Made by a program: the position numbers and the translations under genes. Of a stretch of 64,000 nt of DNA, positions 11,659 to 23,820 are shown piece after piece (the stretch's first letter is position 1; every line of letters begins with the position of its first letter). The notes beneath the pieces are model-generated. The model was not told the origin of the DNA and did no database searches. It was given only the letters and a program-made list of their open reading frames with translations. Location of the stretch: assembly GCA_032718475.1 (NCBI GenBank), contig JAUCBJ010008794.1:1-64000 (forward strand), read 5' to 3'. The DNA is from Nemertoderma westbladi (lineage: Eukaryota; Animalia; Xenacoelomorpha).

Positions 11659-14600
11659 TAGGCATTGCCTTCTATTGGAATGGAAATAGGCGTCAATGTA
11701 GTCGGTGCCTGCATTGACAGGTGTGCAGGTGTTAAAGCAAACTGGGATTGTTTGTCATCGGGTACTAATACTATTGGTCTAGTATTTAGTATTGCCTCGA
11801 TTTCAACAAACAATGTGGTTAGTTGGTCGTCTGTCAAGATGTGGTGTACTGGAATGACCTTTGCCATGGCTGTTTTAATAGATCTTATCAGTCTCTCCCA
11901 GACTCCGCCTCTCCATGGACTATCTGGAGAATTAAACTTCCAAACAATCTTGTAAGGACGTAGTTCGTTTGAGATTTGATCATGATCTAATTTCTTAAAG
12001 GCTCTAGCAATTTCATTTCGAGCAACAACAAAGTTTGTACCTTGGTCTGAGTACAAGCATTTTACTAATCCGCGTCTAGCGATAAATCGCCGTAGTGCTA
12101 GTATAAAAGCGTTGGTGGAAAGATCCATCACACGTTCAATATGAACTGCCCTACTGGACATGCATGTGAAAATCAGTCCCCAGCGTTTTACTAGTATACG
12201 TCCACGTTTCGTATGTATGGGACCAAAGCAGTCAATTCCAGTCTCTGTGAAAGGTGGTCTGAATGCTTGTAGTCGTGCTTGTGGAAGTTCACTCATTTCT
12301 TGGGTACTTATTCTAGAATGTACCTTTTTACAAATAATACACGTACGCGTCACTGAACTTAGCGCTTTACTGGGTCTAATTAATACAAATCTTGTACGTA
12401 AGTAGGAAAGATAGTGGTGTCTTCCAGCGTGTTTCAGATGTAAATGTGCGTCCAGTATCATTGCACGTTGTAATTTGTGATGTTGTGGTATTATTATTGG
12501 GTACCTAAAATCAGTATTAAAGTCAATGTTTTGAAGCCGAGATTTATGACACATTAAGCCATTATAAATTATCGGACTCCAACTCAATATTGGTGACGAC
12601 TTGATTGGTTGACCTTGGCTTATAGATGTGAATTCGCGTGCAAAATATCGCAATTGGTAATGGCGAATTAATTTAATTTCACATATGTTGATCTCAGTCA
12701 ATGTAAGTCGACGTGTAAAGTCGCGTTTGCCTTTAACGTATTGTACAAAACGTACAATCCATGCTAATTTTCGGCACGCGTTTGTCCAAGAATCTGTCAG
12801 GTTTACAATATGGTCGACGTAAGTATTTATGACGTCATCAGGTAAGTCAATGGAGAATTTTGAAGGTTTTGTTTTACTAGATGGGCCCACGGGTCCGCCG
12901 GTAGGTATTCCCTTGTTGACTGTTAATCCGTCCGGGTCTACGAGTAATTTATCCTTCTTCGCCTTCTTACCTTGATTGTCAGTACTTTGTGAGTCGATCC
13001 CTAATGGTGGTTTAAATTCTATGGGATCACTGGGTTTTGGTAAACTTATTTTTCTGCCGATATTTATCACAGGTCTCATCGTAGGTTGTAAGTTTGGTAT
13101 GTCTCTTGAGCGCAAAGTAACACCTGTATTTACATTTGTATAGGTACTACCCACATCTGTAATACATGAGGTTTCACTGTACTTATGGTTACTCAAGAGT
13201 GTCAAATTTGGTAGTTTGTCAATACAAGGCCACTCCAATAGGGAAACTGCGGCTTTACTGTTTGTCAAAACATTACTAATGTCTGGTAGAACATCTTGTG
13301 ACATGTCTGGTAAAATGTTTCGCTGAACATCCGGCGAAACGTCTAGTGACATGTCTGGCAAAATGTCTGGTTGACCGTCTAGTAACGTGTCTGGTTGACC
13401 ATCTGGCGATACGTCTGGTGAAGAAAGGCTCGCAAGTCTTCCGTTTTTAACTTTGTAAGTTATATTTTTCCTTTTCACCTTCGGTTTCTTCTTTAGTTTC
13501 GCCGTCGTCTTTTTCTTTGCTTTCCCTTTCTTTGGTTTTTTAATTTCGGCATCCTTAGGGATAGTGTTAGACTTGTTGTCGTATAGTGGCGGCCAATGTT
13601 GTGTTGCTCTTTGTAAGAATTGTGGTCCGTGTTGCCAAAATTTCTTGTTCTCCGGTTTACAGAACTCCTCAGGCATCATTCCTCTCGACGCAATATCAGC
13701 TGGGTTTTGTGGTCCGGGACAATGTCGCCAATCTTCCTTTATTGAATGGTCCAAAATTTCTGCACTTCGCGTGGTGTCGTCACATACTTAGTAGGCATTG
13801 TCTTAGCCTTAGAAGTAATGAGCGATACATCAAACTCGTCTGAATCTACTTGTCTACGCAGATATGCTGTCACTCCAAAGCCGTTGTCACTGGCGTCGGA
13901 AAAACAATGTAATTCTAAGTCGTCAGGAAATGCCGTCTGTAATGGAAAGTACACCCGGGGTATGGAATAATCTTCTAGTGAAGACAATTGCGCCTCCCAA
14001 GTTTTCCATAAGTCCACTTGTTCGGATGAGATCGGTTCGTCCCATGTCAGTCCATCTTTCCAGATACTGCGCATGTATATTCTTGCTTGCAGTATTATTG
14101 GGCTGATAAAACCTAAGGGGTCGAACAATCGACTCAGCTTTGACAAGCAAGACCTCTTTGTCAGAGAATCCCCTTGAGCGTCCAGTCCAACTTTCACTCA
14201 AAAGTTGTCCGTGTTTGGGTCCCAAAATAGTCCCAACACTTTGGTCGTCGGTAGTGGTTCAAACTCTAAGTCAATGTCACCACCTCTACGCTCAGTCGTT
14301 TCGAATGAATTTACTAATTCGGCACTGTTTGAGGCAAACTTGGTGAGGTTAAAACCTCTGCCTGCTAAACAGTCCCGTAATTGATGTGCTACTGTTATAG
14401 CACGTTCTACTGTGTCACAACTTTGTAATTCATCGTCCACGTAAAAATCTTGTTCTACTATCTGGATTACCTCTGGGTCATACTTATGTTTCTGGTCCCT
14501 AGCGGTCTGCTTTAGGGTGTACATAGTACAATTTGGGCTGTCTCTGGCACCGAAAACGTGAACTTGCATTTGGTAAGTCGCCGGTGGTTGACTTAAGTCT

Positions 14601-16421
14601 CCATCCGGGTACCAGAGGAACCTCAAACTGTCTCTATCTCGCTCTAACGCTCGCACTTGGTGAAACATGGCTTTGACATCGCAAGTAAATGCTACTTGGC
14701 GTTGACGGAAGCGCATAATCACCCCCATGAGAAAATTATTCATGTTTGGTCCATCCATCAACTCACTATTGAGAGACATTCCCTCAAACAGAGCCGTGCA
14801 GTCGTTAACCACACGTACCTTTTCAGGTTTGTCAGGGTGTCTCACGTAGTGATGTGGCAAATAGTATGTCTGGTCTGTCACAATCTCCGGGTTAGTCATT
14901 CTGATAGCGTATCCTTTTGTCAAATACGTCTCCATCTGAGTATTATACTGCAAATGGGCTTTCTCGTTCTTTAATAAACGTTGTCGTATTGAGTTTAAGC
15001 GTCTTAAGGCTAGCGGATAGTTATTTATAAGTTTAGGAAGTTGGTTACGCCATAACATCCCTACCTCATAATGTCCGTCTCTCGTCTGGCGGATAGTATC
15101 TTCCATGATCTTTAAAGATTGTTTTTCTTGTTCCGACATATACGGTTCGTAGCTTCCAGGTTCGGCTGTATCTTGTTCCAACCATTTGATAGTTTTCTCT
15201 GTTAATTCTTTGTCCAGTGCAGCTTGTTCCACTTGACAGTTTCTTAATGCGTCGTCATCGACGGGTGTTGGTAAATTTATTGGTTCAGGTAGACTCGCAA
15301 GCCACCCAGTGTTATCATCTGTCGTTGATGGAACCTCTGCCTGACTCGTCTCCTTTTCAATCTCAACACTAACCTTGTGGATTGGCTGCTCTTTGTGACT
15401 TATCATACTCGCTACACACGTCGTACCTATAACGTTGTCGTGTTTTGTCGAACGTAGTGTAGTATAGTCTCTGTCGTGTGAAAAGGAATGAGTCAAAGTT
15501 CTAGTTAATAAACTACATGTACTTTGCACATTGTCTTCCTCATCACTTATATCTAGTGTGCGCACAGGCGCTCGAGTATACCAACCTATTGGAGTTCGAC
15601 AGGCGTAAGCGTTCCCTGCTACGACTACTGATGGTCTGGTTTCCCACACTTGATGTAAGTTGAATTGGTCTGTCCCGGTCAGCATTGCTACTGACCTGTA
15701 GTTAACAGGACATTCAGGTACACCAAGGTGTCTAAAATACTTACGGTCCTCTAAAGATTGTTCTGGCACTGGACCCAGTAGGTTACTAAAGTCCTTTGTG
15801 GCCGCAAAGGTTAAATCCTTAAAGGGTAGCAAAGACCTCTCCTTTTCGCTATGTTGCGATTTTAGGAAGAAGAGTATCTAAGCTCAACTTAACTCTAGTC
15901 ACTGGTATTGCACGTTGTCCATGCATACTACTTACAGTATATTTGACGTTCTTACCTTGTCGAAGATCCGTCACGACGTCAGCTACCTTCTCATCCACAT
16001 AGCTGTGAGATGAGGCTGAATCTAAAATAGCGTAGATCTTTTTGCTCCATTTTGTGCCCGTAATCCTAACAGGAATTACGCTAAATCCCTTCAGTTGATC
16101 AGGCGTCAGAAGCGCAATCGATGGTTGTTCGTCTCCATCTGAGTATGCGTCTTCGTCTTCTGATTCTTCATCTGAAGACCCGGATTGTTCTGGGAAACAA
16201 TCCCAAATATGCGTCACAAAAGTTGGTGTTGTTTTTGATTGTCGCGTCTTGTATGCAGTATTGCATTTCGCTGCTGCTTCTGGGTGTTCCCTGGTGAAGC
16301 GTTTTGTCGGCGTATGACTATCCGTGTGGAGTAAAGCGTCATGGTTGCGTCCACAGGAAGGACAGGTGTCCGTATTTGTCCATATTTCCGTACATGTCCG
16401 TGTTGCGTACACCTCCAACAA
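11658..16421 (-). pseudogene. pol: E1 pol (protease, RT, RNase H, integrase core), disrupted
   Basis: ORFs 15849..16421 (AILDSAS), 14198..15832 (YLPHHYV, FTCDVKAMFHQV, FYVDD), 13739..14197 (FSDAS) and 11658..13754 (integrase). It has stops and frameshifts, and the LELxAA...TDS block of RNase H present in E2/E3 is deleted. Confidence 0.92.
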
Positions 16422-16429
16422 GAATCCAA

Positions 16430-19400
16430 TGGCCGTATCTGTAGCCGTCGTTCTTCTGAGTTTAACTCACGAAATAGTCAACATCCTCTTAACTTGTGAC
16501 TAGTATGCCGCTTACCTATCCGCTCGCAGTATTGACAACCGCTAAAGTCGGCATTTAGTTGCTGCCTAGTCTGTTTGATCCCAATGGGTGCGGACACTTT
16601 ACTACCGTCGGAAAATTGTTGGGTTTCTGTCGGTGTAGTGTAGGTGACCGTCCTTGTGGATGTTATCGGTGGTTTTTGTCGGTTAGATGATGGCAAGGTG
16701 ATTCCTTCGGCTACAATGTGTTGGTCCGTGTAGTTCGAACGAGTCTCCACCACTGCTTCCCTAGATATTAATAGGTACACATCCTCCAATTTCAAAAATC
16801 CACCCCTTTCTTCTCGCTGATACTCGATTTTTCTCCACTCCCTACGAAGTCGATGGTGTAGTCTCCCTATGATTTTTAATAGGACTGTAGGAGTGTTTCC
16901 GTAATCAAGCTGTCCAATTGAACGTAATGTCGTTATAGCGTTCTTGATTTCGTCAGCTAATTTCAGTAAGTCAATGGGTTTCGTAATAGCCCCCCCCCCC
17001 CTTACAGAGTTCCTCTATTACTGACTTGGCCATACTTACTGTACCTCCGTAGATTGAAGTTAAGCGATCGTATGCTAATTCGAAGGCGTCTGGTACACCA
17101 ACAAAGGTCTCTGCTAGACGTTTTGGTTCTCCCGTCAGTGTTTGAAGCAGGTAGTTAAACTTTTCCCTTGATGTAAAAGCGCATGCCGCAATTTGAGATT
17201 CGATGTACTCTACGAATGTGTGCCAATGTTTTGAATTTCCGGAGAACTTAGGTGTTTGTTGCACCGGTAGTCCTTGCCTGGCTGCGAATTTAGCTATCTC
17301 CTCAGCTACGTTCAAAGTTTTGCGTCCTTGGGTGGCAATCGAGTTGATGTTCTCCCGTCTTGGCGCTTTCCTTTGATACGAAGTATTTCTTGAAAGTCGC
17401 TCCCTTTGCTGCTCCTTCGGGTGTCTAGTGTGTTCGAATTCTGTATTTCGCAAACTATCGGTTTGAGTTTCCTCTAAGCGTTCCTCGATCTGGGCCAACT
17501 TGTTAACAACTGGTCGCATTAGGTCGGCGAATTGTTGCGTGCTAATCGCGTCCGTTGGTTGTAACGCTTTCTGTGTTGCTGTATTTTGTGGAGGATTGTC
17601 TATAAAGGAATTAGTTGAACGCTCGCGTTTGCATTCATCGGCCGCCCCTGTTCTAAACACCTCGCGTTCCGGATAATCCGATTCGCTTGAAGTACTACTA
17701 TCACCTGGATACGGTGGCCGACGTGCTCGCGTCCGTTGTGTCGTCCAAATTCTAACATTCCGTTTCGGAACAGTGTCTACTGGTCTCCGTTGTTCGGTAG
17801 GCTCGCAAGTCTTCCTCGAAGTTGTAGATTGCGATGTAAACTGGTTAAGCGGTCGCGTGTCTACTGGTCTCCGTTGTTCGGTAGGCTCGCAAGTCTTCCT
17901 CGAAGTCGTAGATTGCGATGTAAACTGGTTCGGTGGTTGCGTGATAGCGTTTGAGTCCAAAGTCCTCGTAGGTCTAAACACGATTGGGTTTGCGTAGTGC
18001 GTGACAGGTTTAGGCGTCGAAGGTTGACTCACCTGGTTAGTCGTCAGTAGTGCAGGTCCGACCAATAAACTACTACGATCGGTAATCGGCGGGTTACTTA
18101 CCTTGACTTTCGGAATAGGCGATGACATTGCTCTCGGCGGTATAATCTTGTCCGGAATAACAAACCTGTGCTCCGTCGCACCATGGATAGGAGAAATATT
18201 ACTACTACAGGTGCTCCTACACTTCCTTCCTTTATTCGTTCCTGAATTTGGCGGTGCCTTACCTCTATCCGGTCTAGGTCGTGTCCGTCTCGAGATCTCA
18301 TCGATCGATCGCGGGCTTTAAGATCCAGATCTTCCTTGGCATTGGCTAATTCTCTCGCCTTCTTTTCGAGTTCGAAATGAAGTTTACACTCTTTCTCGCG
18401 TTGTTCCGTTTGTTGTTGTTGCGCCTCAAACTCCGCTAGTCGTATAGCTGATTGAGCCTTTATTTGCCATTTTTTCATCTCGGCTCTCGCTTCTGAAACT
18501 AACCTTTGTTCTTCCAACTCCGCTGCTCGTCGCTCCAACTCAGCTGTTGCTGCTTGTCGCTCCAACTCAGCTGTTGCTGCTCGTCGCTCCAAATCGGCTG
18601 CTGCCGCTTGTCGCTCCAACTCAGCTGTTGCTGCTCGTTGCGCTAACTCGGCTGTCGCTGTTCGTTGTGCTATTTCTAGCTCTAACCTTTCCATCTCAGC
18701 CGCTTCTAGTTCAGCTGCTTCTTGTAGATGAGAGATTCGCGCAACATTTGCTACACGTAGTTTCTCTTCCTCTACTGCTGCTTGTACCATTAGCAGTTGG
18801 GTTTGCTCCTCAATTTCCTGTCGTTGTCTGTAGAATTGCTGCTGTTGTCGAGCAATTTCTGATGTTACCATACTTACCTCACCAATTTCGCTGCGAATAC
18901 TTACCAATGATTGATCCAGTATTCCCGGTGCCAGTTCGATTTGTGCGAGTGAAGTTTCCCTCGTAGCCTCCGGCACGCTTTCCCAATCTCCGACGTCTTC
19001 GCCGCACATACGTAAGTGATCCGTCAGATGTTTCAATTGTCCATCCAGCCTATACAATTCCTGTTCTTCCTCGGGCTGTAATAACTCGTCGGAAACTGAC
19101 TCACCTAGCAACTGGTCCGCTTGTTCGTGTTGTATCTGTCTAACGGTCGTCTTAAACTGAGTTAGTTTCTCCCTGGCGATCATTAATTTCTCGAGGATTC
19201 TAAGTTGAGTGTCCGCATCCTGTCTTTGTCTAGCTAAATCTTGTAGACTGATTAGGTTATCTACGGACTTATGTACTTTACTTTGTACTCTAACCTGTAG
19301 GGTATAAAACTCGAACCGAGACATCGGAGCGGTCAACTCGTCTAATATGCGTTGGCCTTCTCCAATGCTCCTGGTAATATGCGCCATGTATCCTCCGACG

Positions 19401-19669
19401 CTTCTAACAACGCTCTCTTGGCTTCCCACTGAACTTACCATGTCCGTTTCCCTGTGTCTAGGTTGCGGAACAGTTAGAAAGTCCTCGGTCCTGCCGTCGC
19501 CTCGTACTACGGCATCCGGTACTCCCGTTGGATGTACTGGTGACGCACACAGTGTAGGTTCGGTAGGCTTGCGAGTCTTCCCCTGTGGTTCTTCCGCTAC
19601 TGACTTATCCGCGTCACATGAGTCATAGTCGGTAGGTGTATTCTTCGTATAGTCTTGTTTGTCACTCAT
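16430..19669 (-). pseudogene. gag: E1 gag (coiled-coil N-terminus, DUF1759-like capsid region, Cys/His motifs), frameshifted
   Basis: ORFs 18098..19669 and 16971..18128 (PKFSGNSKHWHTF...KFNYLLQTLTGEP), plus Cys/His motifs near 16300-16540. There is an 84-bp tandem duplication at ~17775-17940. Confidence 0.88.
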
Positions 19670-19754
19670 TTCGGTAGTTGTAAGTCAAGTAAGATGTGAG
19701 TGTCAAACTATCAAATTTACCGTATTTATATCAAAACGGTACTAATTTCAGTCA

Positions 19755-19880
19755 TATAAAATTAGCCTACCGGCCGATTTTATAGCAAATGGATAAAATT
19801 AGCCTAGCGGCCAATTTTATAGCAAATAAATGTCACGGAATAAGTATATAATAAAATTAGCCTATCGGCCAATTTTATAA
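19755..19880 (-). repeat. Three ~28-nt stem-loop repeats in the E1 5' leader
   Basis: Minus-strand ATAAAATYGGCC-GNTA-GGCTAATTTTAT at ~19756, ~19793 and ~19851. Confidence 0.7.
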
Positions 19881-20731
19881 CAAATAAAATCGGATAATGA
19901 TATACGTTATCAAAATATAAATCAAACACAAATAATTACGGACTATTTTCAATTTTATTTCAATTTATTATTTATTTATTTCCATAGATTGCATAATGAT
20001 TGACGTGGGCCCCATAGCATAGCTAGTGTAGGGCACCACGTTAATCAGCATAATGAATGCACTACGTAATATACAATACACATTAATTAATTAATGAATA
20101 CGCCTACCGTAGATACTGCCTCAACAATGCGCATCCAGCAAGACTGGTTATTAGTGTTCACATTGGCGCCGCACGACACAGATGAGCTGGATTAGCCAGA
20201 CTAGTTCAGCAATAAACAAAGAAATCGTACGCAATGCATAAATACTTGAGACAGTAGAACCCACAATAATTTTAACTAATATGGTAATGCCTAACTGATT
20301 TATGCAACTTTTCGAACTTACCCACTCCAATAATTCTCCAGAAAAACATATTCCCAGATACAAACCGGACGTGAACCTTTCCGTTTCCAGCGTTGCGGAC
20401 GAAGTGCGATTTTCCCAACCAAAATTGTTGAGTTATCTATCTCCCAAACTCGCGAAACACGGTCTTGCTCTCGTTACAGTCTAGAAATGAGCTCTGAATT
20501 CTGAAAAACAAAAGAGTTTGGTTTTACTTTTACAAAAAAATTTTTGTACCGGTACAATATGGTATTTAAACCCTTTTAAACACCGGTATTCAATTCCAAA
20601 TATTTTACACACGGTTTAAATCTAAATTTTATTCAAAATTAGCACTTAGTAGCCAATCAAATACAAATTTTTACCTCAAAATACAAAATTTTCGAATAAT
20701 TATTGTCCTACTGAACTATAGTTTAGTAAAA

Positions 20732-20742
20732 CGTATTCCTAC
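20732..20742 (-). promoter_or_regulatory. E1 non-tRNA primer-binding site GTAGGAATACG (complement lies in the LTR at 21794-21804)
   Basis: Directly follows the inferred LTR end ...CTCACA on the minus strand. It is an 11/11 complement of minus-strand CGTATTCCTAC in both LTR copies (21794-21804 and 1897-1907). Confidence 0.7.
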
Positions 20743-22502
20743 TGTGAGCAACATAGGTCATATACCTACTGTTGGAAGAGACAGTAACAAATTATACCGC
20801 AATATCCTACTGTAAAGTTTGTGAATCAAGGCATAATCCAACCTTCTCACCAAAACAGTAAACTCTAAGTCAGCGAACCTATTGCAGTATTGGTCTCTTA
20901 TAACTGGTGAGGCAGAAGACAGTCTACGAGCGGACAAACTTTGATAAACAAAATCCCGCGCAGCGAATCGTAATAATCGTGCTGACTCACTGACGGACTA
21001 AAAGCGCTCGTATACTTTGCCGCGGTGTGATTTATATGGTGGGTGAGAGAGACGCTAGCTACAAATATAACTAGCAGCAGGCAAAGCCGCGGTATGGACA
21101 AAATATTTTATATATTTCGAGGTACAAATAATTCCTAAACGCGTGTGTGTGTTTTGATTCAGGGTCAAATTGATTTTGTAATCCTTCATATAATATCATT
21201 TACTGGGTCCGGTGTACATTTTACAAATATTCTAAATTTTGGTAGTTTGTAGGTCTAATACTTACAAATGATAAGGCTCCTTCCCCTTTTGTGTATTTCC
21301 AGGACTCAAATTCAGGCATAAGGTTAATACTACACCCAGAATTCGGCAATTTTATTTACCAGGTCCCTAATACTAAGAAGAAATGTGTTAGTTTACTACA
21401 GTAGGCGTACAGTTACAAATAGCTAGCCTGGTTCCTATCTAGAATTTTGGTTACCTAGGTGGGCTTGGTAACTTCTTATCAGGATGTCGGCAGGGACACG
21501 GTAGGTGTTAGTATCCCTAATAGCCTTAATTTATATGCGCCTAGCAGTAAACTGCCCTACCGCCTGAACGGTATAATCTTAATTCAGGGAAAAACACAGT
21601 AACCCTCTCCTGGCCTACAAGCTCCAACGCAAACGATGAACACCGTGTACTACTGACAAGCCACCAGCGCACCTATACCCGGCAAATGAGTTAGGCGTAC
21701 AGTTTTGCTGCACCCTACCAATGTGCATGCCGTGTAATGGTGTGCCTGTGTCCTATCTGTGTACTGGTATATCTCTGCCTATCCTCTCCTCCCGTAGGAA
21801 TACGAAGGGTTTCCGCGGGTTTTCCTGAATAAAAATAATACGGTTCCTAAATTTAAATTTTTGGCGTACAGTGTGTCGCTACTTCTACCTTCGATCTCAG
21901 GTCTTATACTTAGGTAACGAAGCATCAAACGCTGTCTAACCTTTTAGGCGATGGGCGAATAACGAATCAGTATTGTGGGTGGTCTCCTGTCTACATTCCT
22001 CCGATGTTCCCGTTCATTGCCGTGGCCCGATGTCTAGCCTGCAATCCTGTCCCTCAGTTGGGTTCACCGTGGTGAAACATGATAAAAAAGGGCAGATATA
22101 GCGATAATTCTGACTTTATTACAGATAACCAACAATTATATTAATACAAACAATGTAATCTGAAATAACTAATTATATCTGAGAGATGAATAACTAATGA
22201 ACGAAACCGGACCTTTTATAGCAAATTTGTGCCGCTAACAATCTAGACAAATCTAGATTGTTCTATGAGTTCCATTAGGTTTTTAAAGATAATCATTGGT
22301 CCAGCAAACATATAACTTGCACGACATTGGTTACTGTCAAATAACTGCAATCATATTGGTTAATCTACCTTGAGCAAATGCAATTTAATCGTAGCGGTTA
22401 ATTCAAATGAGTTGAAATTTAGCACAAAAAACAATTCGCACCTGCTAGGATTTGAACTCAATACCTACTGAACGATTTTCCAACGCATAACCGACTGAGC
22501 TA
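20743..22502 (-). repeat. E1 5' LTR (outer ~140 bp lost)
   Basis: Starts at TGTGAGC (20743), 9 bp before identity with the left copy begins. Identity ends at 22502. Reconstructed LTR length is about 1.9 kb. Confidence 0.85.
22440..22502 (-). promoter_or_regulatory. tRNA-derived Pol III A/B-box segment inside the E1 LTR (also ~2547-2607 plus 4914-4930)
   Basis: Minus strand reads A box TAGCTCAGTCGG, then B box GAGTTCAAATCC about 30 nt later. There is no intact cloverleaf. Confidence 0.65.
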
Positions 22503-22779
22503 GGGCTGGGGTAAGATAGCCTGATCGGAGGGGGGAAGAAAAAATGATAACAAAGGCGGAAAAAGAGGGGCAAGAGAAAAGGGGAAAAGAAAGGAAAGGA
22601 GAAAAGGAAAAGAAGGGAAGGGAAAGAAAAAGTCAAGAAAGTTAGAGATCTTAGTTTACAATTATCACTATCTCAACCTCGTGTATGTCTGTCTGATTGT
22701 CTGACGGTCTGTCGTCAGTCGGTCTAATCTTTGGTCTCAAATAAATGAGGCAGTTTCTGGCGTCGCACAATTTCCTGGT

Positions 22780-22798
22780 CCGCCACTAGGTGGTGCTA
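22780..22798 (+). promoter_or_regulatory. CTCF-like motif
   Basis: CCGCCACTAGGTGGTGCTA resembles the CTCF core CCACNAGRKGGCGC. This is a motif match only. Confidence 0.3.
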
Positions 22799-23745
22799 AA
22801 TATATTGATATCTAGGCTTACTAACTCACTCTTGTGCGGCGCGAAGGCCCACCCCACGCCCACGTGTTGCGTTAAAAAAGATAATAAAGACGAAAGGGAA
22901 GGAAAATAAAAAAGAGGGTTTGAAATTAAGGGAAAATATAAATTTGAATATTACATATTTCCTTGCTTTTAATAATTAGTAGATAAATATTTATTGATTA
23001 AATAAATCATTACTCATTACACAAATGAACTGCAGTGAAACGTTTATGTAATTAAAACAATGTACCAAAATGGCACAAAAAGAGGTATACCGTTATACAA
23101 ATATACATACCATTATATTGAAATCATATTAGCTATTATAATAAATTGAGCTATTATAAAATCGTAGGTCTTTTCTAAAATACAGAATATTATTATATTG
23201 TAATATAATAAAAACTATTTACATTACGGTAAAATTGTAATATAATAAATGATAAACGGTAATTTAGGCCTAAAGTTATGGGATCAAAAACTGAGAAGTT
23301 ATGGGTTCAAACGCTGTAAAGTTACGTACAGATTCCTACTCCCACTCGGGCTGTTAGCAAGTGCTATGAACTTGTCGCGGTAAAACTTCAATCCTTTAAA
23401 ATGGTGAGACTTCGACATTGTTTAAAGACCAATAAGTACCTATTAAATGGCAGTGGATTACCACAAAAGACCAGATAACTGAATATAATATCATTATATA
23501 TATTATATATATATAATATAATATAATTTATGTTACATTGATGACTCATTGCTGAGTCTGCTGTGATAAGTCAAATGTATACAGAGTAAAGCAGGCCTTG
23601 AACAATAAGGCCAATAACCAAGCCTTGACCTGGTGGCATCTACTACTAGCACAAGTAAACCACATAATGGAGTCTACAGTATGTGCTTGGCTTACCCAGA
23701 TAGAGAGAGAGACTGGTTGGCTATACAAGGCAGCTATCCACTGCG

Positions 23746-23820
23746 TCAAGATGCCATGAAGCAAGTTCTTTTGCTATTAGGAGTCCTAATAGCAAAATAA
23801 CTTGCTTCATGGCATCTTGA
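23746..23820. repeat. 75-bp near-perfect palindrome
   Basis: 37-bp arms TCAAGATGCCATGAAGCAAGTT(C)TTTTGCTATTAGGA with a 1-nt centre and one mismatch. Confidence 0.9.

Larger units (their letters stand above)
736..22502 (-). mobile_element. BEL/Pao LTR retrotransposon E1 (decayed, outer LTR ends truncated)
   Basis: Direct repeats at 736-4918 (with two nested MITEs) and 20752-22502. Minus-strand order is gag, protease (AILDSAS), RT (FYVDD), Pao-type RNase H (FSDAS; WRHCPGPQNPADIASRG), integrase (HHCC; YSDQGTNFV...GGVWERL), then a DUF5641-like tail. No TSD can be recovered. Confidence 0.95.
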
